From Candidatus Kaiserbacteria bacterium (GTDB lineage: Bacteria; Patescibacteriota; Minisyncoccia; Phycocordibacterales; Phycocordibacteraceae), in contig JACPGH010000006.1 of assembly GCA_016182485.1 (NCBI GenBank), positions 90,461 to 154,460 of the forward strand: DNA of 64,000 bases, given 5' to 3'. Made by a program: the position numbers and the translations under genes. Shown one piece after another: positions 9,531-17,805 of the stretch (position 1 is the first letter of the stretch; each line of letters opens with the position of its first letter). The notes under the pieces were generated by a model that was given only the letters and a program-made list of their open reading frames with translations, did not search any database and had not been told where the DNA came from.

Positions 9531-10049
9531 TTATCTGGGCAGTTCCCTTTTCTCGACCTTAACGAGCTCCACTTCGAATACGAGCGTCGAATTGGCCGGA
9601 ATCACATTCCCAATTGCCCGCTCGCCGTACGCAAGTCCTGGAGGTATGACCAGACGGCGCTTCCCTCCTTCTTTCATCCCGACGAGACCCTCGTCCCAGC
9701 CGCGGATAACCTGGCCGACTCCGAGCGCGAATGTGAATCCGGTATCGCCATGATCGGCAGACGCGTCGAAAACGCTCCCGTCGGTGAGCGCGCCGACGTA
9801 GTTCACTGTTACCGTATCTCCCGGAGCCGCAGCTGCTCCCGTACCGACGAGTTCATCTGTTATCTGCAGGTTGGTTGTGGACATAGGAAGGTTCTGTTGA
9901 GTGCTAGTGGCTTGCAATTGCGGGCTTTCGTCAAGCGGCGCCGCTTCCGTACCCGGCATGGGGAGCGGGAGAAGGCCCGGGAATAGGTAAAAGGACGCGA
10001 CGACGGCTAGGGCGAGGGCGGCGGCGATTCCTGTGTGCGTTGGTTTCAT
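9531..10049 (-). CDS. FKBP-type peptidyl-prolyl cis-trans isomerase, membrane-anchored or secreted
   Basis: C-terminal FKBP domain (VNYVGALTDGSVFDAS...GVGQVIRGWDEGLVGMKEGGKRRLVIPPGLAYG...LVFEVELV) with an N-terminal hydrophobic anchor. Confidence 0.85.
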   Translation of the reverse strand: MKPTHTGIAAALALAVVASFYLFPGLLPLPMPGTEAAPLDESPQLQATSTQQNLPMSTTNLQITDELVGTGAAAAPGDTVTVNYVGALTDGSVFDASADHGDTGFTFALGVGQVIRGWDEGLVGMKEGGKRRLVIPPGLAYGERAIGNVIPANSTLVFEVELVKVEKRELPR

Positions 10050-10204
10050 ATGTTGTGTGTAATGAATTTATTTTAACACATCCTGATTTGGCAACCGTTC
10101 TACGAGTTTACGAATTTTTTCCCGCCACTCTTTCGGAGTGCGCTCGTCCGCTTTTTCAAGCGAGTCGGGCGACTCCGCTGGTTTGGGCGCTCGTTCGCTC
10201 ATGG

Positions 10205-13045
10205 TCAATGGGAGAGATACCGCTCGCGGATCATCGTCTCTACGGTAGCACGGTCGCGCCCGTACGTTTGCGCAGAAAGGTGCACAAGCGCGTCGATTTG
10301 CTCCGGATTCCCTTTCTCCGGCGCCGGCGTCTTCAGGTCAAACGGTTTTTGCGGCACGCCGGCGGCGAGGATTTTCACATATGCGTTGAAATTTTCTATA
10401 TTGACGAAATCCAGAGCTTCGAATACCGGCGCGAACTGCTTCGCGAAAAATTCGGCGTCCTCTTCGCCTACGCGGAAAACAGCCATATTGCCGACGTTGC
10501 CGAACACGGCATTGCGCGTCTTTTCGTCGATCTGATTCAGGAATTGGTGCGCCATGGCGAGCGCGAGCTTGTATTTGCGCGCCTCGGAGAGAATGCCGGG
10601 GATCGAATCGGTAGTTACGTTATGGAATTCGTCCATATAGAGATAGAACGGCGCATGCGCGGCGCGCGGAGAATCCGCGCGAGAGAGAGCCGCCATAAAC
10701 AGTTTCCCTACAATTATGAGACCTATGAGATTTGCATTCTTCTCGCCCAAGCGGCCTTTCGAGAGGTTAATGAGAAGTATTTTCCTGGTGTCCATCACCT
10801 CGCGGAACTTGAATGAAGACTGCTGCTGTCCGACGATCGGCCGTATGAAGTCGTTCGCGGTGAAGTCATCGAACTTGTTCGTGATATACGGCACGATATT
10901 GGCGAGCGAAGCCTCCCCTTCCGCCTTCGTCGCTATCTCCTGCCAGAACTGATTGATGATCGGATTCATGCTCCTGCTCAGTTTCAGCCGGCGGAATTCG
11001 CTATTGGAGAGCACTCGCGCGATATCGAGTATCGTAGAGCCGCTCGTCGGGTCCTCGAGTACGAGCTGAGTCGCATTTCGGAAATATTGCTCGAACGCCG
11101 GGCCCATGCTCTCCGGCACATCTCCATAGAGCCGGCGGAAGATCATCAGGAGCTCGTTCACAATGAACGTCTTTTGTTCGGGCCGAGAGAGGTCGTACTC
11201 GAGAAAATTGAGACTGAAGGGGCGCGATAGGTCCGCCGGGTCGAAGTAGATCACATCCTGATAGCGCGCGGGCGGGACGGAGGCGAGGATATCGAGGATA
11301 TCGGAGCCGTGCGGATCGATGAAGCAGCAGCCTTCGCCGTTCTTGATGTCCTGAATGATCATCGACTTCAAGAGGCCGGTCTTGCCGGTGCCGGTCTGAC
11401 CTATGACATATAGGTGGCGCAGGCGGTCCTCGGCCGAAAGATGGATGGGAGTCTCCACGCCTCGGTAGGTATTTTTCCCCAATAGAACCGCCCCGGCAGG
11501 CGCCTGCCCCGTTAGAAATCCGATTTCTAACGGGGCAGGCGCGTGCGTGAAGCGCGCCTGCTTCAAGTGCGGCGCCGATTCGAGACCGGCCGGCGGGAAA
11601 TGATAGAGGCTCGTCAATTCGCGCAGCGATAACGGAAGGGCGGAGGGACTGGGGAGACGAAAAGAAAAATCCTCGCAAACCCCTTGCACATTGCGCGGGC
11701 CGGCCCGTTCGAACGTAAAGCGGTTCCCTTGCGTATTAGCGAATTGATTAAAGGCGGCTTCAAGCTCGCCGAGCGCTTGTTCGGCCTTGCGCTCGTTGCC
11801 AGAAGACACGACTAGCCGAATGGTCGTGCCGACGATCGGCGTCGCGATCTTCTTTTCGACCAGCTCGATGAAAGTCTTGTTCGCGTCTATTTGACGAGTT
11901 TCCGTCTGCTTGGCTTTTTCGACATCTTTCGGTTTGCTGGAAAAGAGCGCGCGCCCCATGTCGCGCGCAAAGGCCCCGAGCGCGGTCTCCGGCATCGAAA
12001 ACGCGCTCGAATGCTTCTCGCCCTTGCGCAAGGCGTTAAGGATCTTTCGATAATGAGCTACGTGGCGCTCCCCGCGCGGCTCGACGATGATCTGAAGCGC
12101 GGCCCCCTCGCCGGTGTGCTCGATCTTGGCGAAGGCATTCGTTATAACGTTGATCGGGTCGTAATCGAACTCTGTGTACATAGTCAGCGGCAAGGCCGGA
12201 TGCGCAGCGAGTTTCGCCGTAGCAGCGAGCGAAGTCCCGCCCTGAGCAAAGATATTGTAGTCGCGCGGCTCCAGAGTCAGATGGGCGTCCGGGAATATGC
12301 CGAGCAGTTGCTTTTCGAAGAGGTCGCGCTTCCCTCGCGGCACGGCCGCATAGAATTGGAGGTGCGGGCTATCGGCCGGGATCGCGAGCTCAAGCGCGAA
12401 ATAGTTCGGTTCTGCTCCGGAAGCGTTTCCGATCGACAGCAGTCCCGCATATAACTGCTCCATGCTTGAGACAAGTTCTTTTAGCGGCTTGTTTCTGGTT
12501 TCTGGTTTCTGGTTGCTCGTTTCCGGCAGCGCGATCGCATAGAGCTCCATTTTAAGAGCTCTGAAGCGGGGCGCTTTCTCATCCGTGTTCGGCACCTGCA
12601 AACCTTCGCCAACGTAGCGTACGAGATAGCGGTGGAAGTCATCCGTCACGTGCGCGTCGTGGAGGCCTTCCATGACCGCCAGCGCGTTCTTGATCCCTTT
12701 CTCTTCGAGCGTTTTTTGTAGCGCCTGAATGGCCCCGTCGCTGCCGCCGAGCTCGAACTCGGCGCGCAGAGTTTCGGCCCTGCTCTTCTGCTCCGAGGCC
12801 GGCAGGCGATACTCTGGCGCGAGAATTTTTTCAGGCGCTGACGTATGCTCATGGATCGTTTCGGATATGATCCGGACGCGTTCCGCTTCTGGCGCTTGGT
12901 CTGCCGCTCCTTGTCGGAGTTCCGCCTCTTTGCGCGCGACTTGCTCGCGCAGATACGCGAGCTCCGCTTCCGGAGTGGTGAGTGGCGGCGTCGCTTCCAT
13001 TCTTTTTAGTATACCCCGCCGAATACTCGGGGAATTCTTTTTCAA
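10205..13045 (-). CDS. TraD/VirD4-like coupling-protein-type ATPase (FtsK-HerA superfamily, T4SS DNA-transfer-like)
   Basis: 946 aa. Walker A is GQTGTGKTG, followed by CFIDPHGSD (the DPxG motif typical of TraD/TrwB/HerA-like ATPases). The N-terminal domain is about 500 aa. No T4SS partner genes are nearby. Confidence 0.65.
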   Translation of the reverse strand: MKKNSPSIRRGILKRMEATPPLTTPEAELAYLREQVARKEAELRQGAADQAPEAERVRIISETIHEHTSAPEKILAPEYRLPASEQKSRAETLRAEFELGGSDGAIQALQKTLEEKGIKNALAVMEGLHDAHVTDDFHRYLVRYVGEGLQVPNTDEKAPRFRALKMELYAIALPETSNQKPETRNKPLKELVSSMEQLYAGLLSIGNASGAEPNYFALELAIPADSPHLQFYAAVPRGKRDLFEKQLLGIFPDAHLTLEPRDYNIFAQGGTSLAATAKLAAHPALPLTMYTEFDYDPINVITNAFAKIEHTGEGAALQIIVEPRGERHVAHYRKILNALRKGEKHSSAFSMPETALGAFARDMGRALFSSKPKDVEKAKQTETRQIDANKTFIELVEKKIATPIVGTTIRLVVSSGNERKAEQALGELEAAFNQFANTQGNRFTFERAGPRNVQGVCEDFSFRLPSPSALPLSLRELTSLYHFPPAGLESAPHLKQARFTHAPAPLEIGFLTGQAPAGAVLLGKNTYRGVETPIHLSAEDRLRHLYVIGQTGTGKTGLLKSMIIQDIKNGEGCCFIDPHGSDILDILASVPPARYQDVIYFDPADLSRPFSLNFLEYDLSRPEQKTFIVNELLMIFRRLYGDVPESMGPAFEQYFRNATQLVLEDPTSGSTILDIARVLSNSEFRRLKLSRSMNPIINQFWQEIATKAEGEASLANIVPYITNKFDDFTANDFIRPIVGQQQSSFKFREVMDTRKILLINLSKGRLGEKNANLIGLIIVGKLFMAALSRADSPRAAHAPFYLYMDEFHNVTTDSIPGILSEARKYKLALAMAHQFLNQIDEKTRNAVFGNVGNMAVFRVGEEDAEFFAKQFAPVFEALDFVNIENFNAYVKILAAGVPQKPFDLKTPAPEKGNPEQIDALVHLSAQTYGRDRATVETMIRERYLSH
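11500..11542. repeat. 43-nt perfect palindrome inside the TraD-like CDS
   Basis: GCGCCTGCCCCGTTAGAAATC-C-GATTTCTAACGGGGCAGGCGC, with 21-bp perfect arms. In frame it encodes ...HAPAPLEIGFLTGQAPAG... Confidence 0.7.
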
Positions 13046-13079
13046 CTAACGATTTTCTGGCAGGGTATACTGTACCGAA

Positions 13080-13688
13080 ATGCTCGAATTCCTGCGCGTG
13101 CTTCTCGATCCCGTTGCAATGGTACAGGCCGGCGGTTATCTCGGCGTCGCGCTTATCGTATTCGCCGAGAGCGGCGTGCTGGTCGGAATGTTTTTGCCGG
13201 GCGATTCCCTGCTCTTCGCCGCAGGGCTTCTAGCGGCCGGGGGATATCTCTCAGTCGGGCCGCTAGCGCTCGTCGTCGTAGTTGCCGCTATCCTCGGGGA
13301 CTCAGTCGGCTACTGGTTCGGCGCCAAGGTGGGGCCGGCGCTTTTCAGGCGTCAGGACTCGCGCTTCTTCAAGCAGGCGCATGTGGAGCGCGCCCAGCAA
13401 TTTTTCCTGAATTACGGGGGCTATGCCATCGTGCTTGCCCGTTTTATACCTATCGTGCGCACGCTCACGCCAATTCTCGCCGGAGTCGGCACGATGCCGT
13501 ATCTCCGGTTCCTCGCATTCAACGTGATCGGCGGAATAATCTGGGGCGCCGGTATAGTATACCTTGGCTATTTCCTTGGTTCTGCCATTCCGGGCCTTGA
13601 ACGCTATTTCCTGCCGCTCACGCTTCTCATAATCCTCGCATCGGTCGCGCCCATTCTCATCAAGACCGTCAGAGCCAGCTCAAAATAA
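13080..13688 (+). CDS. DedA-family membrane protein
   Basis: Carries the DedA signature (FAESGVLVGMFLPGDSLLFAAGLLAAGG) and has multiple TM helices. Confidence 0.85.
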   Translation: MLEFLRVLLDPVAMVQAGGYLGVALIVFAESGVLVGMFLPGDSLLFAAGLLAAGGYLSVGPLALVVVVAAILGDSVGYWFGAKVGPALFRRQDSRFFKQAHVERAQQFFLNYGGYAIVLARFIPIVRTLTPILAGVGTMPYLRFLAFNVIGGIIWGAGIVYLGYFLGSAIPGLERYFLPLTLLIILASVAPILIKTVRASSK

Positions 13689-13689
13689 C

Positions 13690-13758
13690 CCTGTGAAGGT
13701 CTGACCTTCACAGGTGCACATATATACAGTTAGCTTGTGAAGGTCTGACCTTCACAGG
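13690..13758. repeat. Pair of palindromic repeat elements (core TGTGAAGGTC-T-GACCTTCACA), locus A
   Basis: Copies lie at 13690-13714 (12-bp arms CCTGTGAAGGTC/GACCTTCACAGG) and 13734-13758. They sit between the convergent dedA-like and dsbA-like 3' ends. Confidence 0.8.
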
Positions 13759-13769
13759 GATCATCGGGC

Positions 13770-14486
13770 CTATTTCACGACGGTATCGAGCGCGGTCTTG
13801 AAACTCGCGTAGGGATACGCCCCGGCGATTAACTCGTCGCCGATTATGAGCGATGGCGTCGCGTTCACCCCGAGTCTCTGCGCCTCGGCGGTTACCTCTT
13901 GCGCGTGCCGCTCGTACGCGGCACGGTTAGCGTTCACATCGGCCGCGATTCTGGCAGCGTCGAGCCCGGGGATAGTCGCGTTCAACGAGTCGATGGACTG
14001 CGCATTGCCAAACCCGCCTCCCTCCTCGTCCTGCGCGGACATCATTGCTGTGCGCCATTCGAGATACTTTTCCGGATAGAGTTTCCAGACGGCCTGATTA
14101 TAAAGCGCGCCCGTGAGCGAATCCTGTCCCATGCGCGGAGAGAGGAATACGACATCCTTGAAAACGAGCTTCACCTTGCCGGTGTCCACATACTCTCTCA
14201 CTATGTCTGGAAATGCCGGCGGCGTGGGGATTTCCGGATGGCCGACCTCGAACGCTTTGCAGAACGGGCACTGGAAGTCGCTCCAGAATGCGATCGTAAC
14301 CGGGGCGTTTGGGTCCCCGATATACGGCTCTCCCTCCGTCCGCACGTCTTCAATATCCACGCTTGCAGTATCCGCAGTCCCAGGCCCGGGATTAGAGCTA
14401 TTCCACACGACTGCCCCCGCAACTAGCAGTCCGGCGATTATTACGGCGACTGGCAACAGGAACTTGTTTGAAGAAGTGGTGTCCAT
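13770..14486 (-). CDS. DsbA-like thiol:disulfide oxidoreductase (thioredoxin fold), membrane-anchored
   Basis: CPFC active site (FWSDFQCPFCKAF). The likely start is MDTTSSNKFLLPVAVIIAG (ATG at 14484-14486). The longer ORF extension to 14606 is probably spurious. Confidence 0.75.
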   Translation of the reverse strand: MDTTSSNKFLLPVAVIIAGLLVAGAVVWNSSNPGPGTADTASVDIEDVRTEGEPYIGDPNAPVTIAFWSDFQCPFCKAFEVGHPEIPTPPAFPDIVREYVDTGKVKLVFKDVVFLSPRMGQDSLTGALYNQAVWKLYPEKYLEWRTAMMSAQDEEGGGFGNAQSIDSLNATIPGLDAARIAADVNANRAAYERHAQEVTAEAQRLGVNATPSLIIGDELIAGAYPYASFKTALDTVVK

Positions 14487-14544
14487 ATGTTGGCGATGAT
14501 AGCATACGGTCGGATGTACAATAGCGGGATAAAAAGGAGGTCCC

Positions 14545-14619
14545 ATGAAAATCGCCACTCTCGCAATAATCGTAAGAGACGGACAGCTGCTCCTCGGACC
14601 ATTCAACCCCGCACTCTAA
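14545..14619 (+). pseudogene. 24-codon remnant resembling a NUDIX hydrolase N-terminus, or a leader peptide
   Basis: A perfect SD AAGGAGG lies 4 nt before the ATG. The peptide MKIATLAIIVRDGQLLLGPFNPAL resembles NUDIX N-termini. A stop is followed directly by the hairpin GGCCCCGCTTCGTCGGGGCC. Confidence 0.3.
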
Positions 14620-14722
14620 CCGGCCCCGCTTCGTCGGGGCCGTCTGATATAAATAGAAAAAGTACTACTATAAAATTATGCGCTAGTATGATATATCACA
14701 CTGTTGTCATCGTTTTAGTATT

Positions 14723-15046
14723 TTGCAAAATACCATAATCATGAAATCGTTCGCGGGAAAGGTATACGCAATTACAGCGAAGATCCCGAGCGGCAAGGTT
14801 GCGACGTACGGGCAGATAGCTCGGCTCGCCGGCTCTCGGCGAGCCGGGCGCGCCGTCGGCGCGCTCATGCGGCGCAATACGAACAAGAATGTCCCCTGCC
14901 ACCGGGTCGTTTCAAGCGACGGGACGCTCCGCGGCTACGCCTTCGGCGGCATTCTCATAAAGCGCCAACGGCTACTCTCCGAGGGCGTCCTTTTCCTCGG
15001 CTCGCGCGTGAATTTAAGCAAATCGCTCTGGAATTCGAAAACTTGA
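14723..15046 (+). CDS. Methylated-DNA-[protein]-cysteine S-methyltransferase family protein (MGMT DNA-binding domain only, YbaZ/Ogt-like)
   Basis: Carries the PCHRVV active-site motif. At about 100 aa it corresponds to the C-terminal domain only. Confidence 0.7.
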   Translation: MQNTIIMKSFAGKVYAITAKIPSGKVATYGQIARLAGSRRAGRAVGALMRRNTNKNVPCHRVVSSDGTLRGYAFGGILIKRQRLLSEGVLFLGSRVNLSKSLWNSKT

Positions 15047-15146
15047 CCCTTATTTTAAATATAGTATAGTGTGGAAAGGTGGCTAGCTCTGTTCACATAT
15101 AGGACCGCCGCTCGACGGGAATCGGGCACAACGCAAGGAGGCCGCC

Positions 15147-15905
15147 ATGCGGCAGATCGCTATCGCTCTCTCTCTGCTGTGCCTCGTTTCCCTCTCGGCT
15201 CCGCCGGCGAACGCCGAGGAGACGCCTGTGCTCTCGTACTCCTTCGCCACCGAGTGGTGGGCGAAGTACCTGAACCAGGGCGGGTTCGTCATCCATGACG
15301 GTTCGGTGCTCTGGACCAGCCTGTTCGTCACGCACAACCGGAGCGGCTTCTACGCTGGTCTCTGGAACTCGACGCCAATCGACGGGACGGAGTTCAATTC
15401 CGACTTCGGCACCGAGAACGACATCTACCTCGGTTGGCGCGGGCGCACCGGCAACTTCGGCTACACCCTCGGCGTCGCGTACTTCGACCTGTACCGACTC
15501 GGCGGTGACCCTGCTGGGGATCTCATGCAGGCGTACGGCGAAGTGGCCTACCACTTCCCGTTCGGGAAGCACGAGCTCGTACCCTTCGCACGCCTCGAAT
15601 ACTCGATACCGCCGCCCGTGCGGCATACGATGCTCGATGAGAGCGTCCGCGGCCTCGTCGGCGTCCGGTACACGTACGTGTTGACCGAGCAAGTTGGCTT
15701 CTGGGCGAAGCTGTGGCTCATCGGCGATGATGGCCGGAACGCGCCCGAGGCGACCGGCATCGCGCAGCTGGACGGCGGCGTGAAGGTCGTGCTGACGCAG
15801 AACGTCAACATGACCTTCGGGGCAAGGCTGTCGCAGCCGATGACGAAGACGAGTTCGCGCAAGTTCGAGGCGGTGCCGAACGCCGCGCTCAACATCAACT
15901 GGTAG
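15147..15905 (+). CDS. Secreted beta-rich protein, possibly a beta-barrel (C-terminal aromatic residue)
   Basis: Signal peptide MRQIAIALSLLCLVSLSAPPANA. Alternating aromatic and hydrophobic residues, ending in ...NINW. Confidence 0.5.
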   Translation: MRQIAIALSLLCLVSLSAPPANAEETPVLSYSFATEWWAKYLNQGGFVIHDGSVLWTSLFVTHNRSGFYAGLWNSTPIDGTEFNSDFGTENDIYLGWRGRTGNFGYTLGVAYFDLYRLGGDPAGDLMQAYGEVAYHFPFGKHELVPFARLEYSIPPPVRHTMLDESVRGLVGVRYTYVLTEQVGFWAKLWLIGDDGRNAPEATGIAQLDGGVKVVLTQNVNMTFGARLSQPMTKTSSRKFEAVPNAALNINW

Positions 15906-15972
15906 TTCGAACCCCCGGCGCTTCGCGCGCCGAGGGTTCCTTCGTTATGTGATGGACATACGATGTCCATCA

Positions 15973-17034
15973 TTACTGATACTGGATATAAATCGGGATC
16001 GGGTTAAGAGCGAAAACTTCTTGGGGGGTCAGTAGGCCGTTCGCGGGCGGGCGACTATCGTTTTTATAAAACAGTTTTATGCCTGTGAATTGCACGGGTT
16101 CCGGCACGATGACGCGCGCGTAGGTATTTTTCTTCTTTTCCTTCGAACCGAAGCCGTCCATGTCCATTACTATCTGCACCTCCGGCAAGGGCCGTATCTT
16201 TTTGTAATTCGTCACCATGTCCGAGGTGAAACGGTGGATGACGAGCACCTTGGGTGGCAATTTGTTCTCCTGCACGAGTTTCGCGAGATACTCTGCTGCA
16301 AAATTGATATCCGCCGCGTCGAATGTGCCGATGACCGTGCCGGGCCGGTCGCCGAATTTCATCGAGAACTCCGGATCTATGCCCAAGTGCACCTGCGGCA
16401 TCTTCAAATATTTCTCAAGCATCGGCAATTCATACTGAAGCGTGCTCTTCCCTACCTGTACGTCGAGGAAAACGACCCCGTTCACTTTCTCGGCGAGCTC
16501 GAGCGCATGGTCTATTTGGTCGTCAGGCATCCGCAGCACATACTTGCCCTCCCTGCCGGCGCTCGCCTGCGCGACCACGGCGATGTAGTGGATCGCCGGG
16601 ACGACAGGCGTCGTCGGGTCGGCCGCCGCCCACATGGCGGAGGTGGAGGCGAGCATCGAGAGCATTTGGTCGGTCGGGTATTCGCCGAGCACGCCCATGC
16701 CTCTCGAATAGAAATTGCCGTAGTAGGCGACGATGCGCTTGAACGGCAGAATCGCGCCGGGGTTGGGATACGCAGTCTTCACGGGCCAAAGACGCGGGGT
16801 CGTAGAAGCGGCTTGCGGTGAGCTTGTCGAAACCGTTGTCGACGCAACATGCGCTAGAGCCAGAAGCCGCGCATCATACTCTGCCTTATCCAACTTGAGT
16901 ACTGGCGCTTCTTTTACGGACGCTTGGATCGCAGCGGCTTCATATATTCGAATTACCATCGGCGAAAAGCCGAACAGATAAATCAGCATTCCTCCGGCGA
17001 CGCATAGAGCCGCTACCAGGATTTTATGCAGCAT
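15973..17034 (-). CDS. Membrane-anchored hypothetical protein with a large extracytoplasmic domain
   Basis: 353 aa with an N-terminal TM helix. Codon usage is consistent with neighbouring genes. No motif could be assigned with confidence. Confidence 0.5.
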   Translation of the reverse strand: MLHKILVAALCVAGGMLIYLFGFSPMVIRIYEAAAIQASVKEAPVLKLDKAEYDARLLALAHVASTTVSTSSPQAASTTPRLWPVKTAYPNPGAILPFKRIVAYYGNFYSRGMGVLGEYPTDQMLSMLASTSAMWAAADPTTPVVPAIHYIAVVAQASAGREGKYVLRMPDDQIDHALELAEKVNGVVFLDVQVGKSTLQYELPMLEKYLKMPQVHLGIDPEFSMKFGDRPGTVIGTFDAADINFAAEYLAKLVQENKLPPKVLVIHRFTSDMVTNYKKIRPLPEVQIVMDMDGFGSKEKKKNTYARVIVPEPVQFTGIKLFYKNDSRPPANGLLTPQEVFALNPIPIYIQYQ

Positions 17035-17088
17035 GCCGGTATAGTAACAGGATTTAGGCTCTAGGCTCTAGAGTGCCAACGGCTAGCT

Positions 17089-17574
17089 TTACGGACGCAC
17101 CACATGCCACTTTCCCATTCCTTCGCCTCGCGCCTCTCCCGGCTTTACGTCCTTCTTCCAGAAATAAAGCGGCGCGCCCTCATAGGTAACTTGGATGGAG
17201 CCGTCCCGACGCTTCATAGTCCCTACCTTGCCCGCGGCGCCGCCGCCCCCTATAAGAGTCTGTGAGGAAGTCAGCACATACGGAGGCCACGCCAGAACGC
17301 AGGCGCCGGCGCAATTAGATTTGTTCCTGGAATCCTTGTCAGTGCGATACACCGTCATTCCGTTTCTCGCCACCAGATGCGGGCCTACCCCTGTCGTTGT
17401 CGCTACTCTGAGCAAAGGAATCGGCTCGACTTCGCTTCGATATTCTTGCGCCGCATTCGCCTTAGTCTGTCCTTCTGAATAATCCTGCGCGGCGGTTTGG
17501 GTCGTGAACCAAAACCACGCAAGCGCGACGATAAGAATTCCTACAATCGTCCAGATGATCGTCGACGTTTTCAT
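17089..17574 (-). CDS. Secreted or lipoprotein-type protein of the COG4315 'secreted repeat' family
   Basis: N-terminal TM or signal sequence. The motif YFWKKDVKPGEARGEGMGKWHV matches the PF03640-like repeat (...YxxxxDxxPGD/E..G.G....W). Confidence 0.55.
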   Translation of the reverse strand: MKTSTIIWTIVGILIVALAWFWFTTQTAAQDYSEGQTKANAAQEYRSEVEPIPLLRVATTTGVGPHLVARNGMTVYRTDKDSRNKSNCAGACVLAWPPYVLTSSQTLIGGGGAAGKVGTMKRRDGSIQVTYEGAPLYFWKKDVKPGEARGEGMGKWHVVRP

Positions 17575-17702
17575 GGCGCAAATTCATACAACGTGCGGCA
17601 ATCATATCCGCTTTACGGTGAACATAGAGTGAAAATCCGCTAAGTGCTAAAAACGGGCCCTTCGTCGAAGACTCCTCAGGACTGCGTCGCTTCGCTCCTT
17701 GC

Positions 17703-17773
17703 TGCCGGTCAGGGATTCGAACCCCAATTCACGGCTTCAAAGGCCGCTGTCCTACCATTAGACGAACCGGCAA
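17703..17773 (-). tRNA. tRNA-Gln (anticodon UUG)
   Basis: Cloverleaf on the minus strand: acceptor UGCCGGU/ACCGGCA with discriminator G73 (as in E. coli tRNA-Gln), D-arm GUCU-AAUGGUA-GGAC, anticodon loop CU-UUG-AA, and T-arm GGGGU-UCGAAUC-CCCUG. CCA is not encoded. Confidence 0.85.
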
Positions 17774-17805
17774 TGTAACTTATTTTACCACTTTTCATTC
17801 GTTCG

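Noticed and set aside
14487-14606. N-terminal 40-codon extension of the dsbA-like ORF
   Set aside because: The internal Met gives a canonical TM anchor. The extension overlaps the SD-driven NUDIX-remnant ORF on the other strand.
15093-15692. 199-aa minus-strand ORF overlapping the 15147..15905 secreted-protein gene
   Set aside because: It is antisense with an Arg/Val/Glu-rich composition. The + strand gene has a signal peptide and coherent domain features.
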